Assembly: GCA_963693365.1 (NCBI GenBank)
Contig: CAVNZM010000016.1
Coordinates: 2,693,957 to 2,757,956 of the forward strand
Direction of reading: 5' to 3'
DNA length: 64,000 bases
Source: Amoebidium appalachense
Taxonomy: Eukaryota > Protista > Ichthyosporea
Shown one piece after another: positions 28,091 to 64,000 of this stretch. The notes beneath the pieces are model-generated. The model saw only the letters and a list, made by a program, of their open reading frames with translations, made no database searches and was not told the DNA's origin. Position 1 is the first letter of the stretch, and each line of letters opens with the position of its first letter. Both the position numbers and the translations under genes were made by a program.

Positions 28091-28339
28091 CCCCATCCCT
28101 CTCCCTCCCCCCTCCCCCCCCCCCCCCCTCCCCCCCCCTCCCCCCCATCTCTCCCTTCCCGCCTACCTCCCTCCATCCCTCCCTCCCTCCCTCCCCCTCC
28201 CCCCTCCCCCCTCCCCCCCTCCCCCCGTGTTTTGATTTTGACAAAATGTCCTTTAGCCCTTGCCCCTTGGTGGGTACGAGCGCAGCAGTCAAAAAGAAAT
28301 ACTGTCTGGAAAGTTTATTTACCAACCAAAACCACGCTC

Positions 28340-28638
28340 CTAACATTCCCCCCCCCCCCCCTTCTATTTGTCAGTATATGGAGCGTTGTCTTTTCTACCA
28401 ACCATGCTCCTAACCACCCCCCCCCCCCCCCCTCCCCCTCCCCTCCCCCCCCCCCCCCCCCCCCCCCCCCATGTCAACCTCAGATAGCAGACTCATATAA
28501 GACGAACGTCTGCACACACACGGATATCACCCCCTGTGGCCATGCCCGGGTCCAGGCCCCACAACACATCGAAACCTTTTCCCCATTGCGTGTGGGCGCG
28601 CGTGTGCGTGCATCAACATGTGTGTGTGTGTGCTTTCT

Positions 28639-28671
<33 letters not shown>

Positions 28672-31600
28672 TTGTGTGACGTCGAGCACAATGGCATCAG
28701 TGTTGCAGCAGTGAACGTTTGTGAGTAACCACTGGCAACCCAGGTGTTCATAAATGATTGCACAGTGTGTCTGTGCATATAACGTGCCGTATTGCTACGG
28801 CCCATGCATGTTGGTCGCCCAAGCCATCAGTGACAACCACACCTTCATGTGCAAAACAAGTTGTTGAGTGGCTTGATTGTGGGACAACACGAGACACTGT
28901 AATTGCAAGCAGTGCTATAGGAAATTGGTGGGCAAGCCGCTCTATGCTCAATGAATTTGGTGGGCATGGGGCCCTACGCTCTATGAATTGTTTCCCTTCT
29001 GGCTGGATTTCTTCAAACGACGAAGGTTCAGATTATGTGATTATGTGCCTTAGGAGGTAAGAGGAAGGATTTTACGTTCTAGCCAATGACAAAGGCACAC
29101 TTATAAAAAATACTAATATTAATATTAGTAATATCGACACTGTACGAAAATCATGCCATATTCAGCATGGCAATGTGGTGGGCATAGGGCTCTATGCTCC
29201 ATGAATTTGGTGTATCCGTAAAACAGGTCCGAAAATTTCTGGATGCTGTGTGGTTACACTGTGGTATGCAGAATTCATCTGCCGCTTTGCGGCAGAATAT
29301 TTCTGCAAATGGCATAACTAAAAGCAGAAATCTTTTGCTAACAGAATCATTCTGCTAACTTGACAGAATTATTCTGCTAACAGAGTTATTCTGCAAAAAC
29401 AGCGGAACTATTCTGGCAAAAGCAAAAGTGTTCAGCGCAAAGCACGTATATTCTGCTAGAATCATTCTGCGCCATATGCTAAACTTTCGCCGAATAAATC
29501 TGCTCGTAGCGGCTGAATAAACCTGCTCAGAGCAAGTTGATTCTGCCGATGTGCTTGGGCTTTCAAAGATATTCTCAGTGCACACCACCTTTGCAGCTGT
29601 GTGTGATTATCCCGTCTGTATGATATAGCCAGATACTTGCCGTGACTCACTCACGAACTGTAAGGATAAGGACATAACTGCGTGAATTCTGAATATGTAA
29701 TGCCTGATTACAAGTGACTCTTCTAGAGAAGCTCTCAGCCACTTCAAGGCTTGGAGGCAGACAACAATCTGAAGTGTGTGCGCAGGGGACGAAGAAACCA
29801 GATGTAGAGCACAAACATTTGGTGGTAGAGTCGTCCTCCCCCCCCCTCCCCTCCCCCTCTTCCCCCCCCCTCCCCCCCCCCCCTCCCTGTGCAGGAACAC
29901 ACGTGTGCCGGCCTTAGATAGCAATCTCATATCAGACGAACGTCGGCACACATGATTATCACACCTTGTAGCTGCCCACAGCACACGAAAAAAATAATCC
30001 CCCCTGGGGTGTGTTTGTGCGTGCGTGCGTGCGCGTGCGCATGTGTATGTGTGTGTACGTGTGTTGCTTTGTGGAGCATTGGGAATGATATTTCAGCAGC
30101 AACTTTTGTGGGTGACCAGACTAGACCTCTTTAGAAAAGGCAGCTGCGCATGCACAGTGTGTCTGTGCACGACCTAACGTGCCGCATTGCTACGGCCCAT
30201 GCATGTTGGTCACCCAGGCCATCAGTGACAACCACACCTTCATGTGCAACTAGTTGTTGGGTGGCTTGATTGTGGAATAACACAAGACATGATGCAATGA
30301 AATGCACTATGAATTTCTTTTACTTTTACTGAATTTGTTCAACCGGTGGCGGTGCAACTATGCATTGCATACTACCAGTAGGAGTGTTTGGGCTTATCCT
30401 CCACCCCTTGCCCCCTGGTGGATACGGCTTTGTAGTCAAAAACGAATGGTCAATATGCGGATTTTTTCTTGTTTACGAAAATCTAACCGCACTCCTAACA
30501 TCCTCTCAATTACCCCCCCCCCCCCCCCCCCTCCCCCCCGCACACACCACACCCTCCCCCCCCCCCCCCCCCTCCCCTCCCTTCCCGACCACCTTCATAG
30601 GCACACTTGCCAGTCACCATCACCACCAGCATCACAACCCCCCCCCCCCCCCCCCCTCCTTTCCCATCAAAAAAAAAAATTTGGAGAACAAGGAAAAAGG
30701 AAAAGAAAACCACATGCACACGCCACCACACACAGGCACATGCACACACCAAAAAAAAAAAAACGCACACAAACCCACACGTACATGTGGTGAAATCACC
30801 ACACAATTACATACACACAAGCGCCCGCACACGCCCACACACGCCCGCATGCACATGCACGCACACGCCTAATTCTCGCTCGTGATCCCTTTCTTCTAAA
30901 ATAATACCCTCTCCTCACCCTCCTTTGGCCCTGGGGCCGACGCGACACCTATTTCATCCCCTTCCCTTTACATCGCCTCATTCCTTCTACCTTTTCTTTT
31001 ATCCACCAGTCGTCGCCTCCCACCCAGTTAGTCATCTAACCTGCCTTTGCCCAACACCTACCCACCACGGCATCCACCCCAACTTCTTCCTCCTCCCCCC
31101 ACAGCTACACCAGACCCCCCCCCCCCCCTCCCCCCTCTCCTCCCCTGCGCCCCCCCCCACCCCCCTCTCCCCCCCCCCCCCCCCCACCCACCCACCCCTT
31201 CCCCCTGCCCCTCCCGCCTCCCTCCTCCCCTATCCACCCACTAACCCCCCCCCCCCCCCCCATTCTATTTGTCAATATATGGAACGTTGTCTTTTTTACC
31301 AACCACGCTCCTAACCACCCCCCCCCCCCCCTCCCCTCGCCCTCCCCCCCCCCCCCCCCCCCCCCATCACCCGCAGATAGCAGACCCATATCAGACGAAC
31401 GTCTGCACACACACGGATATCACCCCCTGTGGCCAGACCCGAGCCCAGGCCCCACAACACATTGAAACCTTTTCCCCATTGCGTGTGGGCGTGCGTGTGC
31501 GTGCGTCCACGTGTGCGTGTGTGCTTCCTTGTGTTTGTATGCAGTCGAATTCACTGCTGAAACATTGTTGCCATTATGCTCGACTTCACCCCATAGCTAT

Positions 31601-32890
31601 GAATTCTTTTCTCTTTTGGCTAGATTTCTTCAAACGACGGAGGTTCAAATTATGTGCCTTAGGAGGCAAGCGAAGGATTTTACGTTCTAGCCAATGGCAA
31701 AGGCACACTAATAAAAAATACTAATATTATGGTATTTGGGCACTGTACGAAAGTCGTATGTCACATTCCGTAAAACAGGTCCGATAATTTCTGGATGCTG
31801 TGTGGTTACACTGTGGTATGCAGAATTAATCTGCAGCTTTGCGGTAGAATATGTCTGCAAACGGCATAACTAAAAGAAGAAATATTCTGCTAACAGTATT
31901 ATTCCGCTAACAGAATATTCTGCAAAAACATCGGAACTATTCTGGCAAAAAGCAAAAGTATTCTGCGTAAAGCACATATATTCTGCTAGAATCATTCTGC
32001 GCCATATGCTAAAACTTCGCCGAATAAATCTGCTCGTAGCGGCTGAATAAACCTGCTCAGAGCAAGTTGATTCTGCCGATGTGCTTGGGCTTTCAAAGAT
32101 ATTCTCAGTGCACACCACCTTTGCAGCTGTGTATGATTATCCCGTCTGTATGATATAGCCAGATACTTGCCGTGACTCACTCACGAACTGGTAAGGATAA
32201 GGACATAACTGCGTGAATTCTGAATATGTAGTGCCTGATTCCAAGTGACTATTCTAAGCAATTTTTCAGCAGTGGTTCAAGGGTTTGAGGCAGACAACTT
32301 GAATTGAATCTGAAGTGCGTGCGCAGGGGACGAAGAAGCTAGATGTAGAGCGCAAACATGTGGGCCCCCGGGTAGAATTCTAATCCCCCCCCCCCCCCCT
32401 CGGGACGAAGAAGCTAGATGTAGAGCGCAAACATGTGGGCCCCCGGGTAGAATTCTAATCCCCCCCCCCCCCCTCCTGTGCAGGAACACACGCGTGCCGG
32501 CCTCAGATAGCAATCTCATATCAGAGGAACGTCGTCACACACATGAATACCATCCCTTGTAGCTGCCCACAGCACACCAAAAAATAATTCCCCCTGGGGT
32601 GGTTTTGTGCGTCCGTGCGTGCGCGTGCGCATGTGTATGTGTGTGTACGTGTGTGGCTTTGTGGAGCATTGGGACCGATATTTCAGCAGCACACATTGGC
32701 GGGTGACTGACCAAACTAGACCTCTTTGAAAAGTTTGTTGCACAGTGTGTCTGTGCACGACATAGCCTAGCATGTTGTACTGCTACGGCCCATGCATGTT
32801 GGTCAACCAAATCAGTGACAACTACACCTTTATGTGCAACTAGATGTTGGGTGACTTGATTGTGGGACAGCACGAGACATACTGTACATA
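28340..32890 (+). repeat. Recent direct duplication: about 28340-30300 repeated at about 31240-32890
   Basis: Long near-identical stretches, for example 29455-29700 versus 31985-32230; also seen as near-identical ORF pairs 29355-29588 and 31870-32118. Confidence 0.85.
29265..29560. mobile_element. Right half of the foldback/MITE family (duplicated at about 31815-32090)
   Basis: GCAGAAT..ATTCTGC repeats ending in GAGCAAGTTGATTCTGCCGATGTGCTTGGGC. Confidence 0.55.
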
Positions 32891-33288
32891 GTGCAATGCT
32901 CTAGCTATGAAGTTGGTGAGCATCGGCTTTATGCTCTATGAATCTGGTGGGCATGGGGCTCTATGAGCTATGAATTTAGTGGCCGAAATGGATGTCGGCA
33001 ATTTGAAGTCGCCATAAAAATATTTTGAAGATCAGAGAGTAGATGGATCATTGCACACGTCTAAGATTAGTCCAAGAGTGTGTGTGTGGGGGGGGGGGGG
33101 AGGGGGGGGGGAGGGGGGGGGGGGGGGGGGGGGGTGTGTTTATTTTTGGTTTTCGTTTTTTTCCTTTTTTGTTTTTGATGGGACGAGGAGGGAGGGGAGA
33201 GGGACGGCGGCGGCGGGGGTGGGGGGGGGGGGGGGGGGGGGGTATCGTATGCCTGTGTGGAGTTGTGGAGTCTTTTTTGTGCGATTCC

Positions 33289-33434
<146 letters not shown>

Positions 33435-33444
33435 GCGTGTGCGT

Positions 33445-33507
<63 letters not shown>

Positions 33508-35997
33508 CGCGCATGTGTGTGTGCGCGCGCATGTGGGTGTGGGTGTGCGTGTGCGTGTGTGTTTCTGTGTGTGTGTGTGCAAATTTGTATGCCATGGCCA
33601 GCGCGGCGCAAGAACAGGGGTGGGGTATCAGGGGGGGGAGGGGGGGGGGGGGTGTTAGGGTGTAAAGGATTCGCAAAATCTTCGGCTTCAAACTTTTTGT
33701 CTTAATCATATGCCACACACAGATTTGCTCTCCGCTCGGGTCAGGACAGAGCAGAGAACACTGATGTGTAAATGCACACACAAAGGAGAGCAGATGAAGC
33801 CCCCAACTGTTTGGGTCATGGTATATCCTTGCGCCCCCCCCCCCCCCTCCCCCCCTCCCCCCTCCCCCCCCTCCCCCTCCCCCTCCCCCTCCCTCCCCTT
33901 CCCCCCTCCCCCCCTCCCCCCCCATTCCTGTGCGGAACACACGCGGCACCCGCAGATAGCAGACTCATATCAGACAAACGTCTGCACACACATGAATATT
34001 CCCTCTTCTGGCTCTCCCACAACACATCAACTCCACTTCCCCCTTGCATGTCACGGTGCATGCGTGCGCGTGTGTGCGTCCGTGCATCCGTGCGTGTTTG
34101 CGTGCGTGCATACGTGTGTTTGTAATACTATGTGCGATTGCGCGCATGCACGCGTTTGTGTAGGTGCGTGTCACAATTTGTGCACGTGCGTGTGCATGTA
34201 CGTACAACGTGTGTGTGTGTGCATGCATGTGTATGACTTCGTACGTGCATGGTGGCAACAAACTTTCAGCAGTGAATGTTTATGGGTGACCAGACCAGGC
34301 CATCTGGCCCGTGAGGTTGGACGACTGCACAGTGTGCCTGTGCACAACCTAACATGCCGCATTGCTACGGCCCATGCATGTTGGTCACCCAAGCCATCAG
34401 TGACAACCACACCTTCATGTGCAACTAGTTGTTGGGTGGCTTGATTGTGGGACAAAAGGAGACACGATGCAATGCAATGCTCGATGAGTTTGGGTAGGAG
34501 TAGGGCACTATGATCCATGAATTTGGTGGGCATGGGGCTCTATGTTCTATGAATTTGGTGCATGTATGCGTAAAACAAGCCCAAAAACGTATGGATGCTG
34601 TCTGACATGGAACTTACGGGCCCGGGTTGGGTTCGTGCATGTGGGGAATGGAGCAGTTTTGAGATGTGTTTTGTTTGTGTTTTTTATGGGTGTGTGGTAA
34701 CTCGGGGATGATTTGGAATAAATTGTTCTCTGCACACTATTCAGTAAGCTGTCTCTGATTCTCTCAATTTTACTATTATAGCCACATACTTGCCGTTGTT
34801 ATACTTGTCGTTTATTTGGATGCTAGGAAAAAAACGAATAGCAAGGATAAGGAAATGCCGTTGCACATTCCGAGTGGTGCTGGGTTCTGAGCGACTCTTT
34901 CGAACAAGTTTTCAGCAGTGCTTTTTTCCCTTTGAGGCGGACAACAATCTGAAGTTCACGTACAGATTTTGTATAAGCCACAATGAAGCGTGCAACCGTT
35001 TGGGTTGCAGAATCTTTGGTCTCCCCCCCCCCCCCCCCCCCCCCCCTTCCGGTGTTTGAGCCCTTCGTCCCTTGCCATCTAGTGGTTACGGGCCCCGGGT
35101 AGTCAAAACTGAGTCACAATATATGGAAAACTTATCATTTCACCAACCATGCTCCAAATATTCCCGATCCCCCCCTGCCCCCCTCTCCCCTTCCCCATCC
35201 CTCTGTCCCCGCCTCCCCCCCCCCCCCTTATTCCTGTGCGAAACACTCAAATCTCACCGACAGATAGCATACTAATATCGATCGAACGTCAGCACACACA
35301 TGCATATCACCCATTGTAGCTCCCCCACAACACATCAAAACCATTTCCCCCTTGCGCACGCGTCACGGTGTAAGTGTGTGTGTGTTTGTGTGTGTGTGTG
35401 TTTATGTGTGTGTGTGTGTCTCACTGACTTTGTGCATGGTGGCAGCAATATTTCAGCACTAATTATAAGTCTTTGTGGGTAACCAGACCAGGCCAGATTT
35501 GACCGACTTTCTCCTTGAGTGTGCCAGGGTCTGCACAGTGTGTCTGTGCACCACATAATGTGCCGTAATGCTACGGCCCAGGCATGTTGGTCACCCAAGC
35601 CATCAGTCACAACCACACCTTCATGTGCAAATATTTGTTGTGTGGCTTGATTGTGGGACAACACGAGGCATCAGATGCAATGCAATGCAATGCATTGCAA
35701 TGAATGTTTTCTTCTTCTTGTGATTTATTCAACCGATAGAGGTGCAAGTATCACTAAGTATGCACTGCATGTTTAGGAGATTGTGAAGAGAAAGGCTCAA
35801 AAGATTACGCGCTGGCTAACCAATAACAAGTGCATAATAAGATACCGGAACACCGTTATAAAAAATGATACAAACAACATGTGATTTGGTGGGCATGGGG
35901 CTCTATGCTCCATGACGTTGGTGAGCACCAGGCTCTATGCTCTATGAATTTGGAGAGCAAATGGATCACTACACAGATCTGTGAACAGTCCAAGAGC

Positions 35998-36044
<47 letters not shown>

Positions 36045-36136
36045 TGGGGGGGGGGGGGGGGGGGGGGGGGGGTATTTATTTTCCCTTGAGGTTTTTTTTT
36101 TTTTTTTTTTTTTTTTTGTTGGTTGGTTGGTTGGTT

Positions 36137-36185
<49 letters not shown>

Positions 36186-36354
36186 GTCTGTTTAGGATTG
36201 TGAAGGCGTGTGTGCATGTGTGCGTGTGTGGTGTGTGTATGCGTGGACTTATATCCCAGGGCCAGTGCGGCGTGCGAACGGGGGTGGGGGTAGGACGTAA
36301 AAAAACATGGCAAAACATCAGGCTGCTTCAAACATATCTCTATTACCTAGCAGT

Positions 36355-38530
<2,176 letters not shown>

Positions 38531-38853
38531 GAAGGTTGGATAGGGGTAATGACCCGGGGAAAAACCTGCCTATCCAGAACAGAACTGGCGAAATGACATA
38601 GATCATCTAGCTCTAGATCTGACCACTCGCCCAGATCTAGACCATTTTGGGACAAAATCACAAAGATCTGCGTCACATTGCCGCCCAATCACCGAGACTC
38701 AAATTTGGTGGTTTCCAAATCGCCAAAGGTCTAAATCTCGCCCCAGCCAAGTCACCTAGATCTTAGATCTTAGCCCAGGTCCCGTACTTGCCCACTTGAC
38801 CAATGATTCAATCTAGGTAGATCTAGATGCAGATCTCCGATCCAGATCCGGAT

Positions 38854-59671
<20,818 letters not shown>

Positions 59672-59809
59672 GGCCTCCTAATCCTCGGCCCAAAAAGGAG
59701 CCGGTCAACCGTAGCAGTATAGGCATCAAAGGCGTTCGTTGCTCTACATGTCTGGGTGGTGCAAGCGGAACATGACTGCGAGATCCCTTGAGTAGCTCAT
59801 GCATGCACG

Positions 59810-60510
59810 CTATACCTCGCCAACAAAAAAGAATCCACTGCTCACTCTTGCTTCACAGAGCTACAACGACACCTATAGCTTGTTGCACCGTTGTGGTAAG
59901 TGTGATGACCGGGCTTAGATCAAAGAACACGAGAGAGAAGGGTACAGATCTGTGATGTGAACGTGGGTCTTTCAAAATGAAGTGTGTGAGTGTATGTATA
60001 TACATACTTTTTTTTAACCCTGAGAATACAATTCAAAAGGTATATATCGTAAGAGCTTTATAGCTTCGAATATGAAGGGCTTTCAATCCTTGAACAAGAT
60101 ATCTTCACCCTTCGCAGAAACGTTACAAAACTCAACCTCATGACATGTCAACACTCTCGCAACAGTACCCATCATGGTGGGGTCTATTTAAAGATTTAGC
60201 ATAGCGCGAATGGATTGGTAAACTGTCCAGGTAACCTGAAATTTCCATGGGAATGTGACGTCATATGGGGTTTTACGTGTGTATGCGCAATCACTTGCAA
60301 GGTGAACTTCTCAGGAGCAAGGTGAACAAGGTGACACAACTGAGATGCAAGATGCCAACTAGTACTGAGATGTCAACTTTTTCCGTTTAGGCGTACTTGA
60401 AACCTCTGGTAATAAGGACACATTCCTTGTAGCAACGGCTTTCTGTAGCACATCTTGTACACCGAGACGACATCCTGTTTTAATCACCGAGACAACCACG
60501 CATCCACCAT
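59810..60510. promoter_or_regulatory. Divergent intergenic/promoter region between VPS54 and the EEP gene
   Basis: Repeat-free interval between head-to-head starts; ATTGG (CCAAT) near 60214 and palindromic TGACGTCA at 60256-60263. Confidence 0.5.
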
Positions 60511-60514
60511 AGGC

Positions 60515-61414
60515 ATGGCACGTCTACTCAGCCACACAAGGCAGTTTTTCGGTTTTCACCCGTCCACACAGTCTTGGGTAGCACAGGCGCCGCCACACCT
60601 GCGCACAGATTTCGGCACCGAAAACATACGCACAGTCACATACAACGTGTGGTTCAGTCGCTACTGCCAAAAAGAGAGATTCACAGCACTCTCCTCCCTA
60701 ATCCGCAACACCCAGGCCGATGTTGTATGCTTTCAAGAAGTCACCCCCCCTTTTCTTTCTTGGCTGGTGCAGGAGCCCTGGGTGAAGAAGAATTACAGTG
60801 TTTCGGACGTTACCGGTGAGTCACTTCTTCCAGCAGGGTATGGGGTGGTTATTCTGTGTAAGGGTTGGCCCATCACAGGCAACATCACCCATTTACCTAC
60901 AAGGATGGGGCGTTCTCTGCTCTCTTGCACCATCAAAACAGGCACGCAAAGTCTGTGCGTGGCGACAGCGCACCTAGAGAGTCTTAGCACTGCGCCCGTG
61001 CGAGCACAGCAACTTCAGGTTGCAGGCACGTTTTTCGACAGCCAGAACCCACGACCAGAAAACAACGTGCTAGTGGGTGACTTCAACTTCTGCAGCCACA
61101 AGAACTACGGAGATGAAACGACACCTCCTGAGCAGCTTGAAAACAACAACCTGGAGAAAGCCTTGCCTGGATGGACGGATGCATGGATTGCTTTGCATCC
61201 TGGCGACAAGGGTTACACGTATGATTCTGTTGTCAACACCATGTTACGTAAGCATGAGCAGTTTAGGTTTGACAGGGTGATGTATAGGTTACAGGGCGGA
61301 GCGAGGCCTGTTTCGGTGAACCTGCTTGGTACTGGGCCGATATGGTTCCAACCACATGTTTTTGTGTCAGACCATTTTGGCCTCCAGTTTGACTTGCAAG
61401 TAGCGGACAACTGA
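60515..61414 (+). CDS. Endonuclease/exonuclease/phosphatase (EEP) family protein, TDP2-like; intronless CDS, 299 aa
   Basis: Complete EEP motif set: TYNVW, DVVCFQEV, LPTRMGRSLL, ATAHLES, RAQQL, VGDFN, WTDAW, GYTYD..N, RFDRV, SDHFGL. First in-frame ATG at 60515 (GGCATGG). Confidence 0.92.
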   Translation: MARLLSHTRQFFGFHPSTQSWVAQAPPHLRTDFGTENIRTVTYNVWFSRYCQKERFTALSSLIRNTQADVVCFQEVTPPFLSWLVQEPWVKKNYSVSDVTGESLLPAGYGVVILCKGWPITGNITHLPTRMGRSLLSCTIKTGTQSLCVATAHLESLSTAPVRAQQLQVAGTFFDSQNPRPENNVLVGDFNFCSHKNYGDETTPPEQLENNNLEKALPGWTDAWIALHPGDKGYTYDSVVNTMLRKHEQFRFDRVMYRLQGGARPVSVNLLGTGPIWFQPHVFVSDHFGLQFDLQVADN

Positions 61415-61569
61415 AGAGGAAAGGAAGGCAGTTGATATTAAGCACTTCATGACTTGTTATTGTAAATTGGGGTCCTCGTACCAAAACTTGTGCCTTTTTG
61501 TTCTGAATGAAGGGCCACACCTTTGAAAAGGAAGGGAAAGTTTGGTGGGGGGGGGGGGGAGGGAGGAGA

Positions 61570-61602
<33 letters not shown>

Positions 61603-61891
61603 CGTTGCAGTTCCCTAGTTATTTCAGCCCCTGTATAGTCCGGCAAACAGTAAAGAAGCCCGCACAAACTGTAGTGACCAACTTTGCATCTCTACCCCGG
61701 ATCCCATGAGTAGTACCTCTACCGCTGACGTATACCTAATCACCGTTTTTCCTTCGAAGTGTCTTTCCCCGGTTTCCATTACGTTCACTTTAGAGTCTCC
61801 CTATTGCTCAGCTCTTCTGGAAAACAACTCAAAGACCTGCTAACCCTAACTCATTCCTCCTCTAGTCCCCTCCCCCTTCCCCTTCCCCTTC

Positions 61892-61925
<34 letters not shown>

Positions 61926-63442
61926 CATGCACACCTTTCAAAAATTAAAATGATAAACCTGTACGCGCACATGCCCACACAAGCTACCTCGCTTAAGCGC
62001 ATCTTCTTGACACAAATGTTTCGCACAGGGGTCATCTGGTTGTCAGCACTTATCAGATGCCACCATTTCCATAGCTTATAATCTCATCTTCCTACTCTCA
62101 CACATGGCTAAGAGTAACTACCCTGACCATAACCACTCTCATTCCCTCTCAAATCTGTCGGTCTGTCGGTACGTGCCTCTCTCACTTCACGACGTCCGTG
62201 GCACAGTCACGCGCGGTTGTGCAAGCCTCCGAGAAGCGGCAACAGAATAAACGCCGCGTGCGCTTTACAACATTTAAAGTCAGTATGTTATATTTTAATA
62301 AAGCGTACAGCGTTCCTAATGGTTAATAGTCACACAATGTAATGTCAATTAGGTGGCGGTAGCCTATTGGCCACCTTGTTGTCGAACGATGAACACGAGC
62401 ACTTGAAAACGCGTAACGCCTTGTGTTTTTTGTGAAACAGCCCTATCCCTTGCGGGGAAAGCTTAGTAAGAACTTGTCGTTTGGGTGCTACATATGTTAG
62501 TCATTTTTTAGTAAGGAGGGACTGATGGAAACGTGTGTCAATTTCTAGGGCGTGTGTAGTTCTTATATTCCTTGAGGTTACAGCAGTGAACATAGTACAT
62601 ACATCCGTACAACAGCATCGCTGTGAGATCCAGGCAAGGTAGAGTGCTTGTCGTGTGTATCCTAGAATCAAGGAGCATAATTGCAAGTGGGCCTTGTCCC
62701 ACCTCTGTACACCAGATAGTTTTTTTTGACGTCGATGCATTTGTTTTACCTCTGCGCTTTCCTGGCAGCTGCAACGTTCACCGTTTTGTCATTATTAACA
62801 CGTGCTCGTGCTTGCCCGATTCTGTACCCCACGTGTCAGCTGTTCATCTCTTTCCTCCCTCTCTCTTCCCCCCCTCCCCCCCATGCACCTTGAACGCACC
62901 AAATCCGCTCAATACCTGTTCTCCTTCTCTTTTTACTCTCGGAAATTACAGCAACATGGGGCCAAGTCGAGCCTGTGCACGAGCTGCTTGCTTGACCAGA
63001 TCCCCCCCACCCCTCCTCCCCCCTCCCCCCGCGCCCCCGCCCCCCCCTCCCCCTCCTCCTCCTCCTCCCCCCCCCCCCCCCCCCCCCCGTTTTCCTGGCT
63101 CTCTCCACTTTATAAGAACACAAACCACCACCAACACTCACTCGATCTCCTTACCCCCAACCTATCATCTTTTCCGTACACTTCCACACTTTACCTCCAC
63201 CCCCTCCCCCCCCCCCCCCCTCCCCCTCCGCCACCCTTTATCCACCGTTCAAACTACCCCCCACCCTCCAGCTCCACACACACACAACATACACACATAC
63301 ATCCCCCCCCCTCCCCCCCCCCCTCTCCCCCCGTCCTCCCCATCGCCCCCCCACCTATGCACGCCCTCACACCCACCTCAGCACCCCGCCATACCCTGCC
63401 CCGCCCCTTATACTGTCACCTTTCTCTTCATTCCTTTCACAG

Positions 63443-63770
63443 ATGGGTGCCAAACCAGCGAAAAAGGAGCACTTCGAATACGAGTTCTTTGGACCCGTCG
63501 GGACCCTCATCCTCACCTTCGTTCTCCCTCTCGTCATTCTGTTTCTCTATTTTAGCTGCAACTCAACCGGCTGTCTGGAGGTCAACCCGTTTAGCCTTCC
63601 CCCTACTTTCCAGCAAATCACGCAACTGTTCCAAGTTTTTGATGTCAACGGCGCATACATCTTCTTTGGGTGGTTCTTCTTCCAGGCGTTCTTGTATATT
63701 GCCCTGCCGGGAAAATGGGTGGAGGGTGTGAAGCTGAGCAACGGGGAGAGACTGAAGTACAAGATGAACG
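63443..63770 (+). CDS. ERG24: Delta(14)-sterol reductase (ERG24/TM7SF2/LBR family), first coding exon; gene continues past the right edge
   Basis: Translation MGAKPAKKEHFEYEFFGPVGTLILTFVLPLVILFLYFSC...FFGWFFFQAFLYIALPGKWVEGVKLSNGERLKYKMN(G) carries the EFxGPxG and LPGxxVEGxxLxxGxxLKYxxN signatures. It is preceded by acceptor cacag (probable 5' UTR intron) and followed by donor GTGGGT. Confidence 0.88.
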
Positions 63771-63894
63771 GTGGGTACAGTCTTCTCACTCCCAATGCTG
63801 GTGTTTTTTGGTTTGGGACCATGTGTTGTGACAAGGTTAGGTGTGTGTCTGTGTGTGTTGTTTTTTTTTTTTTTTTTTTTTTTTTTTTTGTTGT

Positions 63895-63928
<34 letters not shown>

Positions 63929-64000
63929 CGCGACATCTCAGTGACTGCCTATCCTTTAAACCGTGTGTGTGTATGTATGTGTTGTCTTTTTTTTTTTTTT

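Overview
Eukaryotic, intron-dense genomic DNA saturated with poly-G/poly-C runs and (CA)n/(GT)n microsatellites. Nearly all ORFs in the supplied track are low-complexity artefacts, so genes were reconstructed by hand from GT-AG exons with consistent phases. From left to right: an unidentified multi-exon gene (-, running off the left edge); an RHL1 homolog (accessory subunit of DNA topoisomerase VI; -, at least 14 exons, about 528 aa); a small single-pass membrane protein (+); a ~16 kb gene-free mosaic repeat array (22.8-38.5 kb) with nine copies of a conserved ~120-nt hairpin and foldback/MITE-like pieces; a complete 26-exon VPS54 (-, about 942 aa); an intronless TDP2-like EEP phosphodiesterase (+); and the first coding exon of an ERG24/LBR-type sterol reductase (+). 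VPS54 looks animal-like, which suggests a unicellular opisthokont/holozoan (inference only). The most unusual signal is three intronic relic copies of VPS54 exon 3' ends that differ from the live exon almost only at synonymous positions. All homology calls are from recalled family motifs, not database searches, and homopolymer lengths may be unreliable.
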